From the NCBI RefSeq assembly GCF_001194135.2, contig NC_068986.1:1036535-1082630 (forward strand): a DNA stretch of 46,096 bases. Direction: 5' to 3'. How positions within the stretch are numbered: position 1 is the first letter of the stretch; every line of letters begins with the position of its first letter. The DNA comes from Octopus bimaculoides (Eukaryota). Below are positions 1-10,982 of this stretch, in pieces. The notes beneath the pieces were generated by a model that searched no databases, had not been told where the DNA came from, and saw nothing but the letters and a program-made list of their open reading frames with translations. The position numbers and the translations under genes were made by a program.

Positions 1-535
1 CGCATGCGTACGAACAGCCATGCTACATGGCAGTGAAACATGGGCTGTAACTGCTGAGGACATACGTAAGCTCGCAAGGAATGAAGCCAGTATGCTCCGT
101 TGGATGTGTAATGTCAATGTGAATACCCGTCAGAGTGTAAGTATCTTGAGAGAAAAGCTGAACATTAGAAGCATCAGTTGTGGTGTGCAAGAGAGACGAT
201 TGTGCTGGTATGGACATGTGGTGAGAATGGATGAGGATAGCTGCGTGAAAAAGTGCCACACCCTAACAGTTGAGGGAACCCGTGGAAGAGGTAGGCCCAG
301 GAAGACCTGGGCTGAGGTGGTGAGGCAAAACCTTCGTACGCTGGGCCTCACTGAGGCGATGACTACTGACCGAGACCTTTGGGAATGTGCTGTGCGTGAG
401 TAGACCCGGCAAGCCAAGTAAGATCGTTGCCAGTGCCCCTGGACTGGTTCTTGTGTGGGTGGCACATGAGATGCACCATTTTGAGCGTGGCCGTTGCCAG
501 TACCGCCTGACTGGCTCCTGTAGGATTTTGAGCGA
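1..535 (+). mobile_element. RTE-clade non-LTR retrotransposon, ORF C-terminus plus start of 3' UTR
   Basis: ORF 20-403 MLHGSETWAV...LRWMCNV...WYGHVVRMDE...GRGRPRKTW is the typical RTE post-RT region; 3' UTR matches the copy near 34740; runs into the N gap. Confidence 0.92.
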
Positions 536-1196
536 NNNNNNNNNNNNNNNNNNNNNNNNNNNNNNNNNNNNNNNNNNNNNNNNNNNNNNNNNNNNNNNNN
601 NNNNNNNNNNNNNNNNNNNNNNNNNNNNNNNNNNNNNNNNNNNNNNNNNNNNNNNNNNNNNNNNNNNNNNNNNNNNNNNNNNNNNNNNNNNNNNNNNNNN
701 NNNNNNNNNNNNNNNNNNNNNNNNNNNNNNNNNNNNNNNNNNNNNNNNNNNNNNNNNNNNNNNNNNNNNNNNNNNNNNNNNNNNNNNNNNNNNNNNNNNN
801 NNNNNNNNNNNNNNNNNNNNNNNNNNNNNNNNNNNNNNNNNNNNNNNNNNNNNNNNNNNNNNNNNNNNNNNNNNNNNNNNNNNNNNNNNNNNNNNNNNNN
901 NNNNNNNNNNNNNNNNNNNNNNNNNNNNNNNNNNNNNNNNNNNNNNNNNNNNNNNNNNNNNNNNNNNNNNNNNNNNNNNNNNNNNNNNNNNNNNNNNNNN
1001 NNNNNNNNNNNNNNNNNNNNNNNNNNNNNNNNNNNNNNNNNNNNNNNNNNNNNNNNNNNNNNNNNNNNNNNNNNNNNNNNNNNNNNNNNNNNNNNNNNNN
1101 NNNNNNNNNNNNNNNNNNNNNNNNNNNNNNNNNNNNNNNNNNNNNNNNNNNNNNNNNNNNNNNNNNNNNNNNNNNNNNNNNNNNNNNNNNNNNNNN
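536..1196. other. Assembly gap (N run)
   Basis: Ns; other gaps at 18277-18286, 21278-21287, 26203-26328. Confidence 0.99.
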
Positions 1197-1303
1197 GTTA
1201 CAGAGAATCACTCTTTCTCTGGTGGAAGATGATAGATTTCAAGAGGAATTCATAACAAGAACTGTGCGACACCAAAACATGTCAAGGAAACACTTCATAT
1301 CTG

Positions 1304-1495
1304 AAGGCAGTCAGCTGGCAGAATCGGTAGCACACCCAGCAAATTACTGAGTGGCATTTCATCTGTCTTTATGTTCTCAGCTCAGATTCTGCTGAGGTCA
1401 ACTTTGCTTTTCATCCTTTTGGGGGTCAATAAAATAAGTACCAGTTGAATCAATTTACCTCCTCCCCCAAATTACTGGCATTGTGCCAAAATTTA
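1304..1495 (+). mobile_element. tRNA-derived SINE, family A
   Basis: agctggcagaatcggtagc...ttctcagctcagattctgctgaggtcaactttgcttttcatccttt..aataagtaccag; recurs many times in the window. Confidence 0.75.
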
Positions 1496-1849
1496 CTATT
1501 GTTGGAGAAAAGCAATGTGAGATTTGCAAAAAGACTGAGAAGTATTGACTTCTCCATATCAAACGCCAAAATAAGCCAAGTAAAATCACTGTTATGCATA
1601 CATAGAGGCCTGTCCTTTACAGATGACTGTGCCACATAAAAACACTTGTGCTGGGGCTGCTTAAGTGCACCCATCATGCCAGTGACATGTAAAAAAGGAC
1701 CCAGCACACTCTGTTAAGTGGTTGGTGTTAGGAAGGGCATCCAGCCATTGAAACCCTGCCAAAGCAGAGAATTGGAGTGAGGACAGCTCCTGGTTGACCA
1801 GCTCCTATCAAACCATCCAACACATGCTGGTATGGAAAGCATGTGTGGC

Positions 1850-2030
1850 TAGGTGTAGGCATGGCTGTGTGGTTAACAAGCTTGCTTCCCAACCATGTGG
1901 TTTCAGGTTCAGTTCCGATGTGCAGCATTTTAAGTAAGTGTCCTCTGCTGTAGCCCCAGGCTGACCAAAGACTTGTCAGTGAAGTTGATAGATGGAAAGC
2001 GAAAGAAGTCTGTCAGGAGTGTGTGTGTGT
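1850..2030 (+). mobile_element. SINE family B head/body plus (TG)n
   Basis: gcaggcatggctgtgtggttaa.aagcttgcttcccaacca..tggttcaggttcagt..ggcaagtgtc consensus. Other copies: 5197-5312, 6655-6826, 32910-33055 (+); 6117-6204, 10982-11140, 35150-35315 (-). Confidence 0.78.
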
Positions 2031-2109
2031 GTGTGTGCACGCATGTATGTATGAGTGTGTATGCACGTATATGTGTGTGGGTGCTTGTGTATACCCTTGT
2101 GTTGATATC

Positions 2110-2490
2110 ATGTGGTGACCCTTGTTGTGGAACATGTGATTACATTGAAGAAGGAGAACAAATTACTTTCAAAGACAACATTTTGAAAATAAATGCAAAT
2201 ATGAATTGCAAATCCAGAAACCTAATTTACTGTGCTTCATGCTCCAAATGCAAAGAATGGTATATTGGTGAAACAGGTCGTGGACTATATGAGAGAGTAA
2301 GGGTACATAAACAACAAATACATGGCCCCCTCCATTAGAAACACAACTTACAGTGAACACTTCCAAAAATGTGGGAATTGAAAATTCAAAATATTCCCTT
2401 TCTTCAAACTATGGACAAAAAATGAACATTTTCGTAAGGCCAAAGAAGAATACTTTATTTCAAAAATACCAACCAAAACTGAACAAAAGG
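2110..2490 (+). mobile_element. Penelope-like element GIY-YIG endonuclease remnant (frameshifted)
   Basis: CCGTCDYI...NMNCKSRNLIYCASCSKCKEWYIGETGRGLYERVRVHKQQI, then after shifts SEHFQKCG*KFKIFPFFK...RKAKEEYFIQKYQPKLN; the cysteine-flanked NLIY/YIG pattern of Penelope endonucleases. Confidence 0.85.
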
Positions 2491-2622
2491 ATAATATCAA
2501 AACCACTGGAACTACCATTCCAACAATCCACAGAAAGACACCAACCAAACACTGCATAGGATTATATACCCTTTTATGTACTATTTAATGCACCCCAAAA
2601 ATTATATGCAGATGTTTTTTCT

Positions 2623-2625
<3 letters not shown>

Positions 2626-2663
<38 letters not shown>

Positions 2664-2856
2664 ATGTATATATGCATGTATGTATAGGTGAATATATATA
2701 CATATGTATGTGTGTGTGTGTGTATGTGTATACTGGTATGTATACATACATGCACATGCATGTACATACGAGTATGTTAGTACAGTTATGTATGTGTGTA
2801 TGCATATGCGTGTGTGTATTGAGATATGTATATATATGTGCATGTATATGTATGTA

Positions 2857-2897
<41 letters not shown>

Positions 2898-2936
2898 ATG
2901 ATGATATATATATATATATATAATATATATAGATGA

Positions 2937-3025
<89 letters not shown>

Positions 3026-3050
3026 TATGTATGTGTATACATATATATAT
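2626..3050. repeat. Compound microsatellite (TC)n-(TA/TG)n-(TA)n
   Basis: Direct reading. Confidence 0.95.
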
Positions 3051-3240
3051 AATTAAAGAGGTAAATTCAGAAACAAGCTATCAGGAGCTTGAAATTCACA
3101 CCAGAGTCACGCACTTTAAACATTATATTTAAATAAAAATTATCCCCCAAAAAGCTATCTCTACTCATTTTTTCAAATATATAATATAATACTGTACAAA
3201 GAACTTACTTTTTCTTTTTCTTCTATATATATATATATAT

Positions 3241-3506
3241 ATTAACCTAAGTGTACAGTATCGTATGTCCATTAAGGCTGCTCTTTTGTGCTAGGAATTC
3301 AATAAAGTGTTAGGTAACAGTGTATGTAACACTGCACTCATCAGAGGTAGCCATTATGGAATGAAATATGGTGCCTACAATAGCTACCTCTGATGAGTGC
3401 AGGGTTACATAGTCAGACTGTTACCCAACACTCCATTGAATCTCTAGTGCAAAACCGATTGGTAAAGTAGCTGCAATGGATATATAATTCTGTACACTTC
3501 GATTAA
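3241..3506. repeat. About 265-bp imperfect palindrome (MITE-like foldback)
   Basis: Left ctaggaattcaataaagtgttaggtaacagt..gcactcatcagaggtagc pairs with right gctacctctgatgagtgc..actgttacccaacactccattgaatctctag; outer aagtgtaca/tgtacactt. Confidence 0.85.
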
Positions 3507-3582
3507 TATATTCACTCTATTGACAGATATACCAGAGCATTTTTTTCTGAATTATGGACTTTTAGACGACTTACACACACAC

Positions 3583-3634
<52 letters not shown>

Positions 3635-3769
3635 TGTATGTGTGAGCGTCCGTAAACCACAGTGTTTCCTGTCATTTGACGAGTAACTTTGGAAGTACAC
3701 TTTTTTTTAACTATGTGTAATATTAGGAAATATATACAATAATTGTAATTTAACATTCCTCAAAATAAA

Positions 3770-4000
3770 AACTCGTGTTCTCTGGAGGACGATGCAGTTT
3801 TGAACACAATACATCGCCCGTTAAAACTAGTCCTATATCTTATCTTTATATGTATCGTATCCACGTATAATGCTACTACTTCGTTTTTCTCCGTTCATTT
3901 TTTATTAATTTTCCCGCATTATACACGAGTTTAAGACTATAAGTAATAGTTACCTCCCTTGGATCGACGCAGTTTGTTTGCGATTTGAAGTGGAGAAACC
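3770..4000 (+). promoter_or_regulatory. Putative promoter/5' UTR region of the coiled-coil gene
   Basis: About 13 CpG in roughly 230 bp, far above the CpG-poor background, directly upstream of ATG 4001; no TSS evidence. Confidence 0.4.
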
Positions 4001-4139
4001 ATGAAGGCAGTCATGTCAGAAGGTGTCAAAGCCATTGCTGTGGCTCTCTATCAAGAACGAGGAACTTTTGCCTTCGTTTACAAGTTGGCAAAGAACTTCT
4101 GTGAAGCAATAAAAACAAAAGGAATCATCTCGAACACTG
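4001..4139 (+). CDS. CCDC175: Exon 1 ([46 protein letters not shown], ends phase 1)
   Basis: ACC-ATG context, in-frame upstream TGA at 3986, donor G|gtaaat, phase matches exon 2. Confidence 0.75.
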
Positions 4140-7100
4140 GTAAATAACTGAATATAAGTGTATGTATGGCTGTGTGTGTATGTGTATTTATGTATGTGTA
4201 TGTTGTTGCTTAGCCTCCCCGCCTACTCATGTAGGATCGAGCATACCTGTGAGCAAAAGCATTCCAACCGTGACCATGCCGTATTTGTCGGGTATCTTGA
4301 GTCACAGTCTCCCATATATGTACTCCTCCGTTTTTCTTTTCAAATTAGTAGGATATGATTTGAGGGCGATATAGCTGTTATTTCTAGCAGGTCGAGCGAC
4401 TACGTTCGGCTTGCATGATGTGCGCGTGTGTGTTTTTACCTGCTTGTTTCAGGCAGTGTCTATGTTTTTATCTTCCTATTTTGTCTATCAATAAGTACAG
4501 ACCTGTCTGTACGTTTCAGTCTTAACATACCGATACACAGTTGAGATGTATTCACGTATATTTATTTACACTCTGTGACATTCCTATCACCAGCTGTTCG
4601 CTGGAAATTCATTCATATCGACACAGCCCTCCTCTAACACTCGACTGTATGTTAAGCAGCATTTACATCAATATTCCACATTATAGGACTATTACTTATT
4701 ACATAACACATCACAAGTTGCAACATACCAACATCCCACATTACGGTAACATTCTCAATAATTTATGGTTCTTTGAAGACGGCGAACTTGGCAGAATGGT
4801 TAGCACGCTGGGCAAAATGCTTAGCGGCATTTCGTTCGTCTTTACGTTCTGAATTCAAATTCCGCTGAAATTGACTTTGCCTTTCATCTTTTTGGGGGTT
4901 GATAAAATCATTACCATTATCCCCTCCCCTCCCCTGAACTTGCTGGCATTGTGCCAAAATTTGAAATCAATAATTTATGACTTGTGGCCAATGCCGGCGT
5001 CACGTAACTGGCACCCGTGCTGGTGGTACATAAAAAGCACCCATTGCACTGTTGGAGTGGTTGGCATTAGGAAGGGCATCCAGCCATAGAAACTGTGCCA
5101 AAACAGACGATGGTGCATGGTGCAGCTGTCCAGCCTACCATGCTTCAGTCAGACCATCTAACCCAGACCAGTAGGGAAACGATGATGATGATGACTTCCC
5201 AACCATGTGTCTCGGGTTCAGTCCTATTGCACAGCATCTAGGGCAAGTGTCTTCTATTATAGCCCTGAGCTGACCCAAGCCTTGTGAGAAGATTTAGTAG
5301 ATGGAAACTGAACAGCACCCCTCCATGTAAAAACCACCCATAATGGGTTACGTAAGAAGCACCCATGCTAGGCCACCGATGAAGCACCCACGCTGATGTC
5401 ATGTAAAAAGTACCCATACTGGGCAGTGTAACAAGTAGTTGTGCAGGCACCATGTATAAAGTACCAATTAAATAGTATGTAGTATACTCTGTAAAGTGGT
5501 TGCCATTAGGAAGGGAAATTGAGCCAAAGAAACCAAGCGAAATGAGACTGGAACCTGGGGCAACTGTCCAGCTTGCCATCTCTGGTCAAACCCTCCGACC
5601 CATGGAAAACAGACATTAAATGACGATGATGATGATGATGATGTGTGTATGTTTGTGTGTACTCTTGTCTTGACATCATGGTGGTATCATTATGTAAGAC
5701 AAGTATATCATTCATTTCCAGTCTTCCTGTGAGAAACATCTGGCCTTGTTTGGAAACAGGTGAGGGTTGGTGACAGGAAGGGCATCCAGCTGTAGATAAT
5801 CTGTCTCTACAAATTCCATCTGACCCGTGCAGTGGGCCTTAAAGGATAATAATGATAATGTTAGTGACAAGAGTAGGGGGGCACATCTGTGGGGAAACAT
5901 GAATGGGTGGGAAATTCCAGTGGGATGTAAAGTAAGAGAGAAGGATTGTGTTTATTGTGTGTGATGCATGAAGTAAGATACAATTGATGGAATGAAAGGG
6001 TAAGGGGCAGGTGTGATGGGTTGTCCAAGATGGTGGCTGTTGTGAAATAAATTGTTCAGAGAAGCTGTTGTTGTTATTGTAAAATAGACTGAGAAGACTG
6101 CGTGTATGTTGTTGGCCACTGATTGTGGGATGCTGACGGGTGAGACTGAACCTGAAACTGTGGCTGCAGAGCAAACTTGTTAACCACACAGCCATACCTG
6201 CACCAGTATATTTATGGATCTGTGTGTGTGTGTGTGTGTAAGCATGCGTATGTGTGTGTGCATGCGTGTGTGTGTGTGTGTAATGTCTTTCATTAAGCTT
6301 CAAGAAGATTTTCTTTAAAGTTTGATAGTTTTGAGAGTGGTGAAATTAGGGAGAATATTTAATTACGGGCAGAATAAAATATCAACTTCATGTCTTCTAC
6401 CTTCTTGATGATGTTTCATCTCTGCTTTAGTATTCTATGTCTCCAGGCATTTTGCCAATCAGAATTTCCTTTCATGGCAAAAAAAAAAAAAAGAAAAAGA
6501 AAAAAAAAATCTCATTATTGATGAGTTCTTACTTGCTGTAGATTCTTCTCTTTGCAGTCAGCTTCTCTTCTCTCTACTCAAGCAAGCTTGGATACTCTGC
6601 ATTCTTTGTATTCTTGCAGATGAAAGTAAAATTACAAACAATGTTCAAATGGTTGTGTAGGTACAGGCATGGCCATGTGGTTAAGAAGCTCACTTGGTTA
6701 AGAAGCCCACATAGTTGTAGGTTCAGTCCCACTGTGCAGCACCTTGGGCAAGTGTCTTCTATAATAGCCTGGACTAACCAGTGCCTTGTGAGTGAATTTG
6801 GTGGATGGAAACTGTGTGGAAGCTTGTGATCGGCTGAGGAATGTAAAGATGCAAGCTGGAAAGCAGAGCATTTTCCAATGAAATTGGTTGTAGAGGATTT
6901 ATTGAGCACAATGTGAGGTAACTGTTGTTGGTACTAGGCCTAAATCATTGTAAAGCAAATAGCACCATGAGTGATACCCATGAGTGATACCCATGAGTGA
7001 TACCCAACTACAGTGGAAAAGGCGAGCCACTGGATTTTTTTTTAAAAGAGACAATGAGCAATAGTTAGAGGAATATTGAGTGAAACCTAGTAACCAGTTG

Positions 7101-7294
7101 ATCTAGAAGCAGAGCCTCATTTTAGTGATGGGGAGCCGGTGTACAATGATGCCATCAAGAGGAAGGTCCAAAACAGCATGCATTCTCCCCTGATAAACTT
7201 GCTAGCATCCAGCATGAAGAGCTTTCATCTGGTAGCACTTGCATCTAAAAAGTTGTTTGCAATATATATGATGATGATTATGGATGTATATATG

Positions 7295-7350
<56 letters not shown>

Positions 7351-7404
7351 TAAGTTGTCTAAAAGTTTATAAATCAGGAAAAATATGCACTCATATATCT
7401 GTCA

Positions 7405-7446
<42 letters not shown>

Positions 7447-9587
7447 CAAACAACTGATGACACCACATCCTCCTTCTCTTCTCACTAATATCATCATTAT
7501 CATCTTTGAAGCTCCACTTTCCCATGCTTGCATGGGTCAGATGGAATCTGTAGAGATGGATTTTCTACAACTGGATATATATATATGATGGACTCTCCCA
7601 TTGAAAATGATATATATACAGTTACTAGAAGGTGACTACTTCTGAATGGCTATCCTTTAATTGATATGAAATAAAAAAAGCTTTTGTAGAATGTAATGTG
7701 TAAAACAAATTTTATGAATGATTTACTTGGAATTTTTCTTTTTGCAGATTTCCTTACAGAAACAAAACACTTAGCAGAAGCTGATGTTGTTAACAACTTA
7801 AAGTCCAGAATTGCTGATGCAAAAACATGTATAGAGACGTTGGTAAGTTATATCCATAGGGAGCTCAGTAAGTTATATTTATGGAGAAATTTGTAGTTAT
7901 ACTAAGATGAAACCTGGTATAGTTTTTTTTTTAGGGACCTTGGTAGGTAATTTATATGCATACAGATCTTGGTAAGTTTATATCAAGATTCACTTCAGGG
8001 AACGGTAACTTTTTTACACTATGAAGTGGTACCAAAAAGTTCCTGGACTAGTTCTGTAGCATGCCAACAGATGGCAGCATACTGTTGTGTGCACAACAAG
8101 AGCTAGCAGTAACCTTCATGAGGCAGTGTGCTGAGTGACATCACTGTGTTTACTTCACAAATTGTGAAATTTATGTTTTTGTGATCATGTGTATGCTGTT
8201 TACTGTGATTTTGTCATGGATAGGAAGTTGGAACAAAGAGCCAATGTTAGATTTTGCATTAAACTTGGGAAGTCTGCTTCAGAAACAGTGATCATGCTTT
8301 GGGTTTGACCCTGAGAGGAAGCAACGGTCGTCGCAGTGGAAGAGCCCTTCATCTCCATGACCGAAGAAGGCAGCTCAGTCAAGAGCATGCTAATCGTTTT
8401 TGTTTTTTTTTACATCTATTGTATTGTGGATCAAGAATTCATTCTCCTGGGCCAGGCCATCAATCAACAGTTCCAACACAATGTTTTGAAGCATTTGAGG
8501 GAGGAGGACATTCGGTGAAAGCATCTGGATCTGTGGAGCATGAAAACTTGGATTCTCCATGACGACAATGCACTGGGTCATTGAGCTTTCCTCACTTGTG
8601 AGTTTCTTGCTTAGGGACAACAACTTCCAGACTGGATTCCAAAAGTGGCAGGAATGCTGGGCTGACTATTTTGAAGGAGATGATATTAAAATTTAGGTAA
8701 ACAAATAATTGTTTTATTAAACATAATTCGTCCAAGAAGTTCTGTTTTTGCAGGGTCTGAAAGAAGATGCTGTGCTGATGGTCTTATTAGGTTTTCCAAG
8801 ACCAATGTGGTTGATATTATTAATGTTCTTCTTGAATCATTATGCATGGCCTAATGATTAAGGTGTTGCATTCTTGATTGTAAGATCATGGGTGGAGTGT
8901 TGTGTTATTGAGCAAAACATTACCCATTGTTCCATCTAAGCTGTAAATGAGTCACCCTGTGATGGACTGGTGTTCTGCTCAAGGAGAATATTGTGATCTT
9001 GCTTACTTATATGTCATGGAAACTGAGTAACTGGCCCTGTGAGTCGTAGGACTTAAGATTACATTACATATCCTGTAGTCTGGCACCACTGATGATTTTG
9101 TGACTAGATCTGAAATAGCTTGCTCAAGAACTCAACATGATGTCTGCTCTAGGATTTGAACTTGCTACCTTATGACCATGAGCCCAACACATTAACCACT
9201 ATGCTACATACCTTTTAAAGTAGTAACATAGTTCATTATTCATTAATTATTTAATATTTGAATTTAAAAAACACCACAGTAAAAGGAAAATATCTTTCCT
9301 TATCAGCGTCATCATTGTCATTGTCATCATAGCAGTTGTCATTGTTTTTACATCCTCTCTTCCATGATTACATGGGTCAGATGGAATTTGTTGAGGTGGA
9401 TTTTTTATGGCTGGATACCTTTCTTGTCACCAACCCCTACCTGTTACCCTGTAAAGTATATTTCCCCATGAAACAGACACATTTTCACAGAAGACTGGAA
9501 ATGAAGGACACTGCTTGTATGGCTGTGACACTCGTTTACAACTATCACGTGGTATAAAGTCAGGGAGACAGTAACATAAGTACATGT

Positions 9588-9618
<31 letters not shown>

Positions 9619-10925
9619 CACGCACACTCACAATGGGCTTCTTTCAGTCTCTGTCCTCCAAATCTGCTCACCAGGCACTGGTTGCCCTAGGGCTTATAGT
9701 AGAAGACCAAGGTGCCACACCGAAGGATTGATCCTGGAACCATGTAGTTGGGAAGCAAATGTCTTAACTGCACAACCCTAACCCTACTCTAATTCAGAAC
9801 CATAAATTCCCAACCCAGCTGTTTCAATCAAGACAAAGCTCATGACACGTATATAGTCAAACATAAATGTGGTGTGTTGCAAAGCTAATTATTTATGCAA
9901 TTCTGAGAACCAATCGACCAATCGCAGAATTGTATAAATAATTAGCTTTCTAGCAGTGTATAGTGTTTAAGATTTTAAAACTTAGTTCAAGCAAATGAAG
10001 ATGGTGGTCAGTCAAATTACCGAAACAAGTAAAAGAATAAAAGAATATGGTCCCAGAGGGCCTGCAAAGATCCCAAACAGAACCTAGACAAAACTATTTC
10101 TAAAAACCAAAATAAGGAAAGAGAAACTGTAAACTGTATGAACATTTTCCCTACGACAATTTTTATGCAGCTTAAATGATTCTCTGGTCAAACTAAATAT
10201 GTCTAATTATACACACTGATCTCTCTCAAATCTTTTATCAGGATTATTGCCGATATAAATTGCATGAAGAATTAGAAATACAATCTATGAAAAGGTTTAC
10301 ACTTCAACTAACATACAATGAACTCTTGAAAAGTATTAGTGAAGAGATTTCCTGTAAGTAATTAGTTTTGTTTATATAATAAGCATGGAATTATCTGGAA
10401 TCAATCTTTCTCTTTTAGCTGTTATCGTTTACTTGTTTCAGTCAATGGTCTGTGGCCATGCTGGGGAATTACCTTGAAGGGTTTTAGTCAAATGAACTGA
10501 CCACAGTACTTCATCATCATCATCATCATCATTTAACGTCCATTGTCCATGCTGGCATGGGTTGGAGAGTTTGACCAGGGCTGGCAAAGCTGGAGAGCTG
10601 CACCAGGCTCCAGTTTGATTAGGAATGGTTTAGAGTGTGCTGAGTGCTTTTACGTGACCTGCACAGGCGCTTTTAGGTGGCACTCCATGGGCACTTTTAT
10701 GTGGCACCACATGGGGATAGTACTTCTATTTTTTTTTTTTTATGTCTGGTACTTATTCTATTGGTCTCTTATGCTGAATGCTAAGTTACAGGGACATAAG
10801 AAAACCAACACCTGTTGTCAAGTGGTGGTAGGGAACAAACACAATTATAAAGACACACACACACCAAAGCTTACCAAAGCTTTGTGAGTGGATTTGGTTA
10901 ACAGAAACAGAAAAAGTCTGCTGTA

Positions 10926-10982
<57 letters not shown>

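Noticed and set aside
363-1232. Long 281-282 aa ORFs (also 26146-26679)
   Set aside because: They are open only because they run through N gaps.
2574-3042. Many overlapping ORFs rich in YI/CV/HT repeats (also 3512-3756, 20929-21504, 10898-11222, 19069-19294, 38633-38915)
   Set aside because: Translations of di- and trinucleotide microsatellites, not genes.
3940-3975. Possible RFX X-box (ciliary gene promoter) at GTTACC
   Set aside because: Only a half-site; the second half (RGYAAC) is absent.
4775-4870. tRNA-like A/B boxes in SINE heads
   Set aside because: No complete cloverleaf, and they continue into repeat bodies, so they are SINEs, not tRNA genes.
6620-6660. Strong acceptor ttcttgcag in intron 1 suggesting an extra exon
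   Set aside because: In the required phase it reaches TAG before the only fair donor, and the earlier weak GT gives the wrong phase.
6965-7006. Regular short repeats as a possible CRISPR array
   Set aside because: Head-to-tail units with no spacers, eukaryotic context, no cas genes.
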